Positions 40,907 to 50,938 are shown, counted from the first letter of the stretch. The stretch is DNA of 64,000 nt from an uncultured Mycoplasmatota bacterium (GCA_945872435.1 CAMBYP010000001.1:544-64543), one strand, 5' to 3'. Numbers and translations: made by a program. The notes: a model not told the origin generated them from the letters alone.

Positions 40907-41199
40907 AAATTTTCCTCCTTCTACGCATTTTAAAAGAGGTGATAATTTATAAAATAGGGTGTTTATTTAAATTATTTCGCTTAGCAGCAAAGTTACTATA
41001 ACCCATTTGGTAATAAACACATTAAATGATAAATTATCAAAGCTGCTCTTTTTGTTCATACGCATACATAATTATATGATAAAAGCCTTGAAAAGTCAAC
41101 ATAAAGTTATTCTAGGTTTACAATATTTATAAAAATTAGACAAAATATTGCAAAAAAAGACATGAGTGTGATATAGTTATACTAGCAGAGGTGGTACAA

Positions 41200-42918
41200 G
41201 TGAATAGTCTTACTTTATTAATTTTAACAATTTATGTAATCACTATTATACTTGTTGTCTTCGTACTGAATTTGATTCAAGGTAAAAAAAATAAAAAGTT
41301 AAAACATCATTTAGATGAATTAGAAATAGAAAAAAATGAAATTGATTCTACTCCTATCGCACCTGAATTATCTAAAGTAAAAACTTTTTTAAAAAATGAA
41401 AGTGTCGAAGCAATGTATGAAAAATGGAAAGAAAGATTAGATGACATTAAAAATCATCAAATTCCTAAAGTGACAGATATGTTATTAGAAGCGGAATATT
41501 CTCTTTCTAAGATGGATTACAAAAGTACTTTATATAAAATTGCTAAATTGGAAATGGAATTGTATAAAGTAAAAGCTAATTCTCAATTTTTATTAAGTGA
41601 AATTCGTTCTATTACAACGAGTGATGAAAAAAATCGTGGAATTATTACTAAGTTAAAAACGAAATATCGTGAATTATATGAAAAATTTGTTGCAACACGT
41701 ACTGAATTTGGTGAAGCTGAAAATGCTGTTCAAAATCAATTTGCAACAATTGCTAAAATGTTTGAAAAATTTGAATTAGTGATGGATAAAAATCAATATA
41801 CAGAAGTAACACAAATTATGAAAGTAATTGATGATTCTTTAAAACACATGGAAATTGTAATTGAAGAAGTACCAAGTATTGAACTTTTAGCAACAAGTAT
41901 TCTTCCTAAGAAAATGACAGAATCTATGGAAATCTATAAACAAATGGTCAGTGTTGGATATCCATTAGATTATTTAAATGTTGAATATAATATTGAAGAA
42001 GCAAATAAAAAAATAACTGATATTCGTAAACGAGTACAACAATTAAACTTAGAAGATAGTTTGTTTGAATTAAAAATTTTATTAGAATATTTTGAACAAT
42101 TATATCAAGATTTTGAAAAAGAAAAACAAGAACGTAGTATTTACGAAAATGCAAGTAGAACATTCCAAACAAAGTTAAATAGTATGAATCGTTTAGTAGA
42201 AGATATCTTTTTGAAATTTGATAATATAAAGAATACTTATCACTTATCTGATGAAGATATTGTCATATTGAATGAAGTGAAAGAAAAATTAGGTGTATTA
42301 AACCATGATTTTGAAGTATTTCAAGAGCATACTGGAAATCATACATTTGCTTATTCTAAATTAACTCATGAAATTGAATTACTTACTAGTCGTTTGGTAT
42401 CTTTACAAGAACGATTGGATGAAACCTTAGAAGTAATTGGTGGAATGAAAGCAGATGAAATTAGAGCACGTGAACAATTAGATGAAGTAAAACATATTTT
42501 GAAGGAATCAAAACTAAAAATTCGTGATTATAATTTACCTGTTATTCCAAACACATATTTTGTGGAATTAAAAGAAGCAGGAGCAGCTATTCGCGAAATT
42601 GTAAAAGAATTAGATAAAAAACCAATTACAATTACAACATTAAATACCAGAGTTGATACAGCACGTGATTTAGTATTAAAGCTATATATGACAACTAAGG
42701 AAATGCTGAAAACAGCAATGTTTGCTGAAATGGCCATTGTTTATGGTAATCGCTATCGTAGTTCAGTAGAAGGTTTAGATAAAAAACTAACATATTCTGA
42801 AGTATTATTTTATAAAGGGGAATATCATAAGTCATTAGAACTGACTATTAATTGTCTAAATCGTATTGAACCAGGTATATATGATAAATTATTGAAATTG
42901 TATGGTAATGAAAAGTAG
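41200..42918 (+). CDS. ezrA: septation ring formation regulator EzrA
   Basis: N-terminal TM, then about 540 aa of coiled-coil spectrin-like repeats. GTG start with a GAGGTGG RBS. Adjacent to rpsD, as in Bacillus. Confidence 0.8.
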   Translation: MNSLTLLILTIYVITIILVVFVLNLIQGKKNKKLKHHLDELEIEKNEIDSTPIAPELSKVKTFLKNESVEAMYEKWKERLDDIKNHQIPKVTDMLLEAEYSLSKMDYKSTLYKIAKLEMELYKVKANSQFLLSEIRSITTSDEKNRGIITKLKTKYRELYEKFVATRTEFGEAENAVQNQFATIAKMFEKFELVMDKNQYTEVTQIMKVIDDSLKHMEIVIEEVPSIELLATSILPKKMTESMEIYKQMVSVGYPLDYLNVEYNIEEANKKITDIRKRVQQLNLEDSLFELKILLEYFEQLYQDFEKEKQERSIYENASRTFQTKLNSMNRLVEDIFLKFDNIKNTYHLSDEDIVILNEVKEKLGVLNHDFEVFQEHTGNHTFAYSKLTHEIELLTSRLVSLQERLDETLEVIGGMKADEIRAREQLDEVKHILKESKLKIRDYNLPVIPNTYFVELKEAGAAIREIVKELDKKPITITTLNTRVDTARDLVLKLYMTTKEMLKTAMFAEMAIVYGNRYRSSVEGLDKKLTYSEVLFYKGEYHKSLELTINCLNRIEPGIYDKLLKLYGNEK

Positions 42919-42958
42919 TAACTTACTACTTTTTTTAAAAGAATAGAGAGGGTAACAT

Positions 42959-43159
42959 ATGAATGAATATCAAGATATGATTGATCAAGCAGAGGATAGA
43001 GATATATTAAATGATATTGAAACACCTGAATATAAATTATTGGAAGAAACATTAGAAAATTTGGAAAGTAAAGATTATTTAGGTCGTTTTATTGATGAGA
43101 CTGATTATGATAATTTTCAGAATAAGTGTAGTCTATATGAGGAAGAGAACTCAAAATAA
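42959..43159 (+). CDS. small acidic protein (66 aa), hypothetical
   Basis: GAGAGGG RBS. Followed by a clean intrinsic terminator. Confidence 0.4.
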   Translation: MNEYQDMIDQAEDRDILNDIETPEYKLLEETLENLESKDYLGRFIDETDYDNFQNKCSLYEEENSK

Positions 43160-43183
43160 ACAAGGTAAAACCTTGTTTTTTTA
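43157..43183 (+). terminator. intrinsic terminator
   Basis: aaacaaggtaaaaccttgttt hairpin plus T-run. Confidence 0.55.
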
Positions 43184-43221
43184 TTGTTTAATTTGCTATA
43201 ATATAGCACGGAGGAAGACGT

Positions 43222-44403
43222 ATGGAAAAAATGATATTAATTAAATATGGAGAACTTACTACCAAAAAAGGAAATCGTAACATGTTTATAAAAATTTTAA
43301 CAAAAAATATAGAAGAAATGTTGCGTGAATATAATGTACATATTGTAAAAAATCGAGTACGTATGTTTATTGAAGTATTAGACGGAAAATTTGATGAAGT
43401 AGTTTTAAAATTACAAAAGGTTTTTGGATTACATAGTATAGTTATATGTGAAAAAGTAAATACTAAAGAAATAGAAGAAATAAAAAAAATATCTTTAGAA
43501 TTATTAAAAAAAGAAGTATTCCATACTTTTAAAGTTGTAACTGATAGAGCAGATAAAACTTATCCAATTAATAGTATGGAAGTAAGTCGTCAAGTAGGTG
43601 GCTACTTATTAAAATATTTAGAAAATAAAAAAGTTGATATTCATCATCCTGAAATGACTCTTCATATAGAAATCAGACCAGATGGAACTTATTTTTATAC
43701 GAAAGAAATAGAAGGTATTGGTGGTTATCCGGTAGGAATTCAAGGCAAAGGTATGTTGATGTTAAGTGGAGGAATTGATAGCCCTGTTGCTTTATATTTA
43801 GCGTTAAAACGTGGTGTACAAATTGAATGTATTTATTTTGATTCACCACCACATACAAGTTTAGAGGCGAAAAATAAAGTATTAAAATTAGCTTCTATTT
43901 TAAATGAATATTCAGGACATATTAAGGTTCATATTGTTCCTTTTACAAAATTACAAGAGGCAATTTTTAAAAATTGTGATCCTACTTATATGATAACCAT
44001 TATGCGTCGTATGATGTATCGTATTAGTGAGAGATTAGCAAAAAAAAGAAATTGTAAAATTATTATTAATGGAGAAAGTATTGGACAAGTTGCTAGTCAA
44101 ACACTAAGCAGTATGAGTGTCATTAATGAAGTAACAAATATGCCAGTAATTCGTCCTGTAGCTTGTATGGATAAATTAGAAATTATTCGTTTAAGTGAAA
44201 AAATAGGAACATATGAAACAAGTATTTTACCATATGAAGATTGTTGTACAATTTTTGTTCCAAAACATCCTGTCATTCATCCAGATTTGAAAAAAGCAAA
44301 AGAAATGGAACAGACTTTTGATTATGAAAGTCTTATTTATGAATGTATTAAAAATGTAGAAACAATTTCTAATTTTGAAGAAGAAACTAACGATTTATTA
44401 TAA
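43222..44403 (+). CDS. thiI: tRNA 4-thiouridine(8) synthase / tRNA sulfurtransferase ThiI
   Basis: THUMP-like N-terminus and the PP-loop SGGIDSPVA. Confidence 0.85.
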   Translation: MEKMILIKYGELTTKKGNRNMFIKILTKNIEEMLREYNVHIVKNRVRMFIEVLDGKFDEVVLKLQKVFGLHSIVICEKVNTKEIEEIKKISLELLKKEVFHTFKVVTDRADKTYPINSMEVSRQVGGYLLKYLENKKVDIHHPEMTLHIEIRPDGTYFYTKEIEGIGGYPVGIQGKGMLMLSGGIDSPVALYLALKRGVQIECIYFDSPPHTSLEAKNKVLKLASILNEYSGHIKVHIVPFTKLQEAIFKNCDPTYMITIMRRMMYRISERLAKKRNCKIIINGESIGQVASQTLSSMSVINEVTNMPVIRPVACMDKLEIIRLSEKIGTYETSILPYEDCCTIFVPKHPVIHPDLKKAKEMEQTFDYESLIYECIKNVETISNFEEETNDLL

Positions 44404-44481
44404 CCAAAAATTACCATACTGTTTTTTGTATGAAAGCTAAAAATGTACACATTCTATTAGTGTACAGGAGGTGAAACTGAT

Positions 44482-44694
44482 ATGAAAAACAGTACAACAA
44501 ATAAATTAGTTGTTCCTGGAGCTAAACAAGCAATTGAACAAATGAAATACGAAATTGCTAATGAATTTGGTGTTAATTTAGGTCCAGATGCTACTTCACG
44601 TGCTAATGGTACAGTTGGTGGAGAAATCACTAAGAGATTAGTACAAATGGGTGAACAACACCTAGGAAGTACATCTACTTACCAAGGAAAATAA
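44482..44694 (+). CDS. alpha/beta-type small acid-soluble spore protein
   Basis: [19 protein letters not shown] and GGEITKRLV conserved SASP motifs. 70 aa. Confidence 0.85.
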   Translation: MKNSTTNKLVVPGAKQAIEQMKYEIANEFGVNLGPDATSRANGTVGGEITKRLVQMGEQHLGSTSTYQGK

Positions 44695-44700
44695 TGAAAT

Positions 44701-44728
44701 AAAAAGTACACCTTCTGGTGTACTTTTT
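44701..44728 (+). terminator. intrinsic terminator after the SASP gene
   Basis: aaaagtacaccttctggtgtactttttt. Confidence 0.6.
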
Positions 44729-44831
44729 TAAGGAGTAAGAATATGAAAGAAACAATAGAAAAAGAATATCAACAAGGAAATTTTTATTATAATCAAATAG
44801 AACAAAATAAAAAGAAGAGGTAACTCTTCTT

Positions 44832-45125
44832 TTAGTTTGTAAGATCAATTGGATTTGGATCAACGCTACATTTTACAAATTTTAAATATTCTTCTTTTGT
44901 ACATAGATAATATGTACAAGTATTATCAGGACAATTTGGTGCAGGTTCTAATTTATATCTTCCTCCACCTAAATCTTTTACTTTTGATAATAGTGCTTCT
45001 TTTGGATGAGAGAATAATATTTTTCTTCTAACAGCACCTTTTGGAAACCAAACTGCGTAAATAAACAATATCACAATGATAGTTACAAACAAAACAGGTA
45101 CTTTAGCTGAAACTTTTCTTGGCAT
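44832..45125 (-). CDS. hypothetical membrane-anchored small protein (97 aa)
   Basis: N-terminal TM. Cys-rich C-terminus (CPDNTC..C..C). Confidence 0.4.
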   Translation of the reverse strand: MPRKVSAKVPVLFVTIIVILFIYAVWFPKGAVRRKILFSHPKEALLSKVKDLGGGRYKLEPAPNCPDNTCTYYLCTKEEYLKFVKCSVDPNPIDLTN

Positions 45126-45169
45126 ATTTTATCACTCCTATAGGATAAATATAACACAGAAATGAAAAA

Positions 45170-45736
45170 TTACAAAATTTTATCGACAATTCCATAATCC
45201 AATGCTTCTTTGGCACTTAAAAAATGATCGCGTTCTGTATCTTTTTCTATTTTTTCTATTTTTTGGCCAGTATTTTTTGCTAGAAAGTGATTTAATTTAT
45301 CTTTTAATTTTAATATTCTTTCAGCAACAATTTTTATTTCAGTGGCCTGTCCTTCTGCACCACCTAGTGGTTGATGAATCATGACTTCACTATTTGGTAA
45401 ACAACATCTTTTTCCTTTTGTACCACACGATAATAAGAAAGCACCCATGCTAGCAGCCATTCCAATACATATAGTAGAAACATCACTTTTAATAAAGTTC
45501 ATTGTATCGAAAATCGCCATTCCAGCAGTAATACTACCACCTGGAGAATTAATATATAAACTGATATCGTCATGGTTTAAACTATCTAAATAAAGCAATT
45601 CTCCAACTACTACATTTGCACTTGCATCGGTAATTTCACCACTTAAAATAATAATACGATCTTTTAATAATCTAGAATAAATATCATATGCTCTTTCACC
45701 ATTACTACTTTTTTCAATTACTGTTGGTATTAACAA
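45170..45736 (-). CDS. clpP: ATP-dependent Clp protease proteolytic subunit
   Basis: LIPTVIE...[11 protein letters not shown] and the catalytic Ser region GMAASMGA. I placed the start at a TTG preceded by GGGTG. The longer track ORF adds a non-conserved N-terminus. Confidence 0.85.
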   Translation of the reverse strand: MLIPTVIEKSSNGERAYDIYSRLLKDRIIILSGEITDASANVVVGELLYLDSLNHDDISLYINSPGGSITAGMAIFDTMNFIKSDVSTICIGMAASMGAFLLSCGTKGKRCCLPNSEVMIHQPLGGAEGQATEIKIVAERILKLKDKLNHFLAKNTGQKIEKIEKDTERDHFLSAKEALDYGIVDKIL

Positions 45737-45853
45737 ATGTATCACCCTTTCATTTATATATAGTACAAAATAAATAGAGATATACATGAAATGGTGTGAC
45801 AAAATGAATGTTTTTTGATAAAATGATTATGTATAGAATAAGAGGGAAAGATT

Positions 45854-47527
45854 ATGAGAATGATAAAAGTAAATTATAGAGACAAAGAAACCAAAGAATT
45901 TTTAGAAGATACAACGCTTTTAGAAATGAGTGATAGTTTTAAGAAGTACTATAATTATCCTATTTTAGTTGCTAAAGTAGACAATGATATTACACCATTA
46001 GCAGAAAAAGTAACTAAGAAATGTGATATTGACTTTTATGATCGTTCAAGTGATGTTGGCAATGAGATATATGGCCGTAGTATTCAATTCGTGTTAATTT
46101 TAGCTGTAAAAAGAGTTCTTGGAAAAGATGCAGATATTGTAGTTGAACATTCCATTGACAAAGGTGTTTATTGTGAAATACATGGTGTTTCTATTGATAA
46201 ACCAATTGTAAAAAAATTAGCTGATGAAATGAAAAAAATTGTAGAAGAAAATTTAATTTTTACAAAAGTTAGTGTTTCTCGTATTGATGCTATTAAGTAT
46301 TTTAAAATGAAAAAGAAAATGGATAAAGTTCATGTTTTAAAATATATTAGTAATACTTATATTAATTTGTATCGATTAGATGATCTATATGATTATTTTT
46401 ATGGAGATTTAGCTTATAGTACCAAAGTATTAGATGAATTTAAATTAACTTATATTAAAGGAAATGGATTCGTGTTAAGTTATCCAGATGTTTATAATCC
46501 AGAGTGTACATTAGACTATAAACATCATGCTAAATTATTTGATGCTTTTTTGGATTATACAGTGTGGGGTAGAACATTGGGAATTAATAATGCAGCAGAT
46601 TTAAACGAAAGGGTATCGACGGGATTATATGGTGATTTAATTCGTGTAGCTGAAACACATTATGATGGACAGTTATCTAATATAGCTGAAGAAATTTATC
46701 GTCGAAAAAATCAAATACGAATGGTTTTATTAGCAGGCCCTTCTTCTAGTGGAAAAACAACAACAAGTAAAAAATTACAAATTTATTTGCAAAGTAAAGG
46801 AATTAAAACTCATCAAATTTCTATTGATGATTATTATTTAAATAGAGATAAAACACCGTTAGATGCAGAAGGAAATCCGGATTTTGAAAGCATTCGTGCT
46901 ATTGATTTAGAACTTTTTAATAAACATTTATTAAAATTATTAGATGGTGAAAAAGTACTTCTCCCAGAATTTAATTTTGTGACTGGAAAAAGAGAATTTA
47001 AAAAGAAATGGTTACAACTTGGTGAGAATGATATGATTGTTATTGAAGGATTACATGCTTTAAATGATGAACTTACAATGAGTATTGAAAGAAAACAGAA
47101 ATATCGTATTTATATGAGTCCTTTAACACAATTAAATATCGATAATCATAATCGTATTCATACGAGTGATACTAGAAAATTAAGAAGAATTATCCGTGAT
47201 AATAAGTATCGTGGATACAGTGCTGCAGACACACTTGCTATGTGGCCAAAAATTCGCGCAGGGGAAGAAAAAAATATTTTCCCATATCAAGAAGACGTAG
47301 ACAAGATTATTAATTCAGCTCTTTTATATGAACTAGGAGTTTTAAAAACTTATGCAGAGCCACTCTTATTTAGTGTAAAAGAAACAGATCCTATTTATCC
47401 AGAAGCATTACGACTTATTAATTTCTTAAGAAATTTCTTGCCAATTCCTTCAGAAGAGGTACCAAAAGATAGTGTACTTCGAGAATTTATTGGCAATAGT
47501 TGTTTTCAAGGAAATAACGGCTTATAA
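45854..47527 (+). CDS. uridine kinase family protein with an N-terminal ThrRS-like TGS/second-additional domain
   Basis: The first ~250 aa resemble threonyl-tRNA synthetase N-terminal TGS and editing-like domains. The C-terminal half has a P-loop AGPSSSGKTTT and a uridine-kinase/PRK fold. Confidence 0.7.
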   Translation: MRMIKVNYRDKETKEFLEDTTLLEMSDSFKKYYNYPILVAKVDNDITPLAEKVTKKCDIDFYDRSSDVGNEIYGRSIQFVLILAVKRVLGKDADIVVEHSIDKGVYCEIHGVSIDKPIVKKLADEMKKIVEENLIFTKVSVSRIDAIKYFKMKKKMDKVHVLKYISNTYINLYRLDDLYDYFYGDLAYSTKVLDEFKLTYIKGNGFVLSYPDVYNPECTLDYKHHAKLFDAFLDYTVWGRTLGINNAADLNERVSTGLYGDLIRVAETHYDGQLSNIAEEIYRRKNQIRMVLLAGPSSSGKTTTSKKLQIYLQSKGIKTHQISIDDYYLNRDKTPLDAEGNPDFESIRAIDLELFNKHLLKLLDGEKVLLPEFNFVTGKREFKKKWLQLGENDMIVIEGLHALNDELTMSIERKQKYRIYMSPLTQLNIDNHNRIHTSDTRKLRRIIRDNKYRGYSAADTLAMWPKIRAGEEKNIFPYQEDVDKIINSALLYELGVLKTYAEPLLFSVKETDPIYPEALRLINFLRNFLPIPSEEVPKDSVLREFIGNSCFQGNNGL

Positions 47528-47931
47528 TGATTAGAGTTGCACTTCAAGGATTTGGAGAAGAGGGAAGATTTGCTTTAGAGCAATTATCTTTAGCAGAAGG
47601 ATATCAAGTGGTAGCAATTAATTTTTTAGGAGATCAATTTCACTATAAATTATTTCAAGAAAAAGCAAAATTAGATATGTGGATTGGTTATGAAAAAAAT
47701 ATAAAAAAACTACCATGGAAAGAATTAAAAGTTGATGTTGTACTTGATCTTGTCGATGAACAGTTGGGACTGAATTTTAATTTACATCAACAAGCAGGTG
47801 CAAAAAAAGTAATTGTTTCTAGAAATCAACAGTTAATTCCTACAATTTCTAGAGCTTCATTTATTTATAGTCCCAATCAAGAAAAAACCAAACAATACAA
47901 AATAAAATATAATAAGAAAAGAGGAAAATAA
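47527..47931 (+). pseudogene. degenerate duplicate of the GAPDH N-terminal (NAD-binding) domain
   Basis: 134 aa that can be aligned by eye to residues 1 to about 110 of the adjacent gap product (MIRVALQGFGEEGR vs MIKVAINGFGRIGR; LPWKELKVD vs LPWKELEID; AGAKKVIVS vs AGAKKVIIS). The NAD-binding glycine motif is degenerate and the catalytic domain is absent. Confidence 0.55.
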
Positions 47932-47932
47932 A

Positions 47933-48940
47933 ATGATTAAAGTAGCAATTAATGGATTTGGAAGAATTGGAAGATTAGTATTTCGTTTAATGGAAAATGA
48001 TCCACAATTTGAAGTAGTAGCAATTAATGATATTACAGAACCAGAACAATTAGCATATTTACTAAAATATGATACTTCTCATAAAAATTATCGTGTAAAT
48101 GAAATTAGTTATGGAGAAGATTATATTCAAGTAGGTAATCACAAAGTAAAAATTTGTAAAGAATTAGATCCTGCAAATTTGCCATGGAAAGAATTAGAAA
48201 TTGATGAAGTATTTGAATGTACTGGAAAATTTGTAAAATATGAAGATGCTCATAAACATATTGAAGCGGGAGCAAAAAAAGTAATTATTTCAGCACCTGG
48301 TAAAGGTGATATGAAAACAATCGTATATAATGTTAATAGTGATACGTTAGATGGTAGTGAGGAAATAATTAGTGCTGCTAGTTGTACAACGAACTGTTTA
48401 GCACCAGTTGCTAAAGTATTAGATGAAGTATATGGAATTGAAAAAGGTTTTATGACTACTGTTCATGCTTATACAAATGATCAAACAATTTTAGATGTTG
48501 CTCATAAAAAAGGAATTAAAGCTCGTCGTGGTCGCGCAGGAGCAGCTAATATTATTCCTGCTAGTACGGGAGCAGCTGTTGCTGTTGGAAAAGTACTTCC
48601 TAATTTACTTGGAAAATTAGATGGAATGGCTTTCCGTGTTCCAGTAACAGATGGATCAGTTGTAGATCTTACTGTAGAATTAAAAAGAAACGTAACCGTT
48701 GAAGAAGTAAATGCAGCTTTAAAAAATGCAAGTAATGAAACTTTAGGATTTACTATGGATCCAATTGTATCAAGTGATATTATTGGTTCACATTATGGAA
48801 GTTTAGTAGATGGACTTTGTACTACATTAATTGAAGTTGATGGAAAACAAATGGTAAAAGTAGTTGCTTGGTATGATAATGAAATGAGTTATTCTACACA
48901 AATGGTTAGAACAGCAAAACTATTGGGAACAATGTTATAA
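47933..48940 (+). CDS. gap: glyceraldehyde-3-phosphate dehydrogenase
   Basis: NGFGRIGR NAD motif and the active site SCTTNCLAP. Confidence 0.9.
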   Translation: MIKVAINGFGRIGRLVFRLMENDPQFEVVAINDITEPEQLAYLLKYDTSHKNYRVNEISYGEDYIQVGNHKVKICKELDPANLPWKELEIDEVFECTGKFVKYEDAHKHIEAGAKKVIISAPGKGDMKTIVYNVNSDTLDGSEEIISAASCTTNCLAPVAKVLDEVYGIEKGFMTTVHAYTNDQTILDVAHKKGIKARRGRAGAANIIPASTGAAVAVGKVLPNLLGKLDGMAFRVPVTDGSVVDLTVELKRNVTVEEVNAALKNASNETLGFTMDPIVSSDIIGSHYGSLVDGLCTTLIEVDGKQMVKVVAWYDNEMSYSTQMVRTAKLLGTML

Positions 48941-48956
48941 ACATTGTTCTTTTTTG
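48927..48956 (+). terminator. intrinsic terminator after gap
   Basis: gaacaatgttataaacattgttc hairpin plus T6. Confidence 0.6.
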
Positions 48957-49017
48957 TTTGACAACAATATATACGTGTGTTATATTAAAAGCAGTTTGAA
49001 GAGAAAGGAGTGGGAAT

Positions 49018-49140
49018 ATGTTTTTGAAAAATAAACTAGTATATCAAAAAAGTGATAATGACAGTGAGAAAGTATATTCTCACATCTTTTCATAGTCTTA
49101 AAGATTTTTTGAAAGTCATTATCATAATAATGACTTTTTT
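49018..49140 (+). promoter_or_regulatory. leader peptide ORF (25 aa) with tandem terminator-like hairpins upstream of the ABC exporter
   Basis: Strong RBS AAAGGAG 7 nt before the ATG at 49018 (MFLKNKLVYQKSDNDSEKVYSHIFS, stop at 49093-95). Hairpin gtgagaaagtatattctcac overlaps the ORF end. Two more stem-loops follow, each with a T-run (atcttt..aaagat+T6; aagtcattat-cat-aataatgactt+T6). Confidence 0.4.
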
Positions 49141-49164
49141 GATAGAAAAGAAAGGGGGAACGAC

Positions 49165-50913
49165 ATGGAAGAACAAAAAAGTAAATATCATTTAAATGAT
49201 TTTAAAATAATACTAAAATATTTAAAAAATAAGAAATGGCAATGTATTGTATATATTATATTAGTGATTTTAACTATGTTACCACAAATTATATGCCCTA
49301 TGCTTTGGGGATTTGCATTAGAAACATTATTGACAAAACAATTTCAAAAATTTGTAATCATTGTTGCTATATATGAAGGTATGTATATATTATTTCAAAG
49401 TATTATTTATAATTTACGAGGCAGAGTATATAAAAGTTTAGAAGTTGAATTTATAACAAATGTTACAAAAGATTTATATCAAAAAATTGATAAATTACCG
49501 GCCAAAGCTTTTGAAGAAATAGGAGTGGGAGAATTTATCAATCGAGTTTATCATGATCCTGAACAAATAATTAGTTTATTAGATAAATTAATTCATTTGG
49601 TAGTGCAAAGTGTTGTTGCAATTATGGTTGTAATTTTAGCATTTTATATTTCTATTTTATTAGGTATTGAAGTCGTTATTTTCGCATTTTGTATGGGATT
49701 ATTATCATATCGTATATTTCCAAAAATTAAGAAAATCCAAAAAGAAATTAAAGAAGAATCTGATCAATATGTGAAATCAGCAACAGAAAATATTACAGGT
49801 ATTAGAGAAATTAAAGCATTAGGTATTAAAGAAATTGTAGAAAAAAATTTATTTCATTCGATTGATTATATTTTTGATAAAACAAAAAAAAGTGCCATAT
49901 ATGAAGTAAATTATTATGCATGTAATAATGGGTTATATTTTATATTACAATTTATTATTTTTGTGACTTGTGGTTATTATGTAATCCAGGGATATATTGC
50001 TTATGCTATGTTTGTTATGATGGAGATTTATTTATGGCGTGTAGATTATGTTGTTGAGAGTTTAAGTGATTTTGGTGTCAATTTTAATAAAGTTTCTGTA
50101 TCCATCAGTCGTATAGTTGATATTTTGGAAAATCGTTTATATCCAGATGAACATTTCGGTACAGAAGTAATAAAAGAAGGAAAAGGGAACATTGAATTTA
50201 AAAATGTCAAATTTCGTTATTCTAATGATGAAGAAGATGTATTAAAAGGAATTAGTATGAAGTTATTACCTCATCGTAAAATTGCTATAGTAGGTAAAAG
50301 TGGAAATGGAAAAAGTACTATTTTTAACTTACTTTTACGTTATTTTGATGCCACAGAAGGAAGTATTACAATAGATGGAATAGATATTCAAAAATTAAGT
50401 GAAAAATCACTTCGTGAAAATATTTCTGTTATTAGACAAACTCCACATTTATTTAATATGAGTTTAATGGATAATTTTAAATTAGTAAAACCCAATGTTA
50501 CCTTAGAAGAAATTAGAACAGTTTGTAAAAAATCATATATTGATGATTACATCATGAGTTTACCCAATCAATATGAAACGGTAATTGGTGAAGGTGGAGT
50601 AAATTTAAGTGGTGGTCAAAAACAAAGAATTGCCATTGCTAGAACATTACTTTTAAATACAAAAATAATTTTATTTGACGAAGCAACTAGCGCCCTTGAT
50701 AATGAATCACAGGAGTATATTAAAAGAACAATTGACGAACTTGTAAAAGAACACACAGTGATTATCATTGCTCATCGTCTTTCAACAATTGTTGATGCTT
50801 CCGAAATTCATGTTATTCATAAAGGATTGGAAGTTGCTTGTGGAAAACATCAAGAATTGTTAGAAACTAGTGAAGTTTATCAAAAACTATATACAAATGA
50901 ATCTTCAAACTAA
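49165..50913 (+). CDS. ABC transporter ATP-binding/permease fusion (exporter, MsbA/bacteriocin-exporter-like)
   Basis: Six TM N-domain. Walker A GKSGNGKST, LSGGQKQRIAIAR, Walker B ILFDEATSALD. Confidence 0.8.
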   Translation: MEEQKSKYHLNDFKIILKYLKNKKWQCIVYIILVILTMLPQIICPMLWGFALETLLTKQFQKFVIIVAIYEGMYILFQSIIYNLRGRVYKSLEVEFITNVTKDLYQKIDKLPAKAFEEIGVGEFINRVYHDPEQIISLLDKLIHLVVQSVVAIMVVILAFYISILLGIEVVIFAFCMGLLSYRIFPKIKKIQKEIKEESDQYVKSATENITGIREIKALGIKEIVEKNLFHSIDYIFDKTKKSAIYEVNYYACNNGLYFILQFIIFVTCGYYVIQGYIAYAMFVMMEIYLWRVDYVVESLSDFGVNFNKVSVSISRIVDILENRLYPDEHFGTEVIKEGKGNIEFKNVKFRYSNDEEDVLKGISMKLLPHRKIAIVGKSGNGKSTIFNLLLRYFDATEGSITIDGIDIQKLSEKSLRENISVIRQTPHLFNMSLMDNFKLVKPNVTLEEIRTVCKKSYIDDYIMSLPNQYETVIGEGGVNLSGGQKQRIAIARTLLLNTKIILFDEATSALDNESQEYIKRTIDELVKEHTVIIIAHRLSTIVDASEIHVIHKGLEVACGKHQELLETSEVYQKLYTNESSN

Positions 50914-50938
50914 GAAAAGGAAACTTTTCTTTTTTTAT
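50913..50938 (+). terminator. intrinsic terminator after the ABC exporter
   Basis: agaaaaggaaacttttct hairpin plus T7. Confidence 0.5.

Noticed and set aside
44744-44823. 26-codon ORF (MKETIEKEYQQGNFYYNQIEQNKKKR) after the SASP terminator
   Set aside because: No convincing RBS and highly biased composition. It lies in a spacer between two terminators, so it is probably non-coding.
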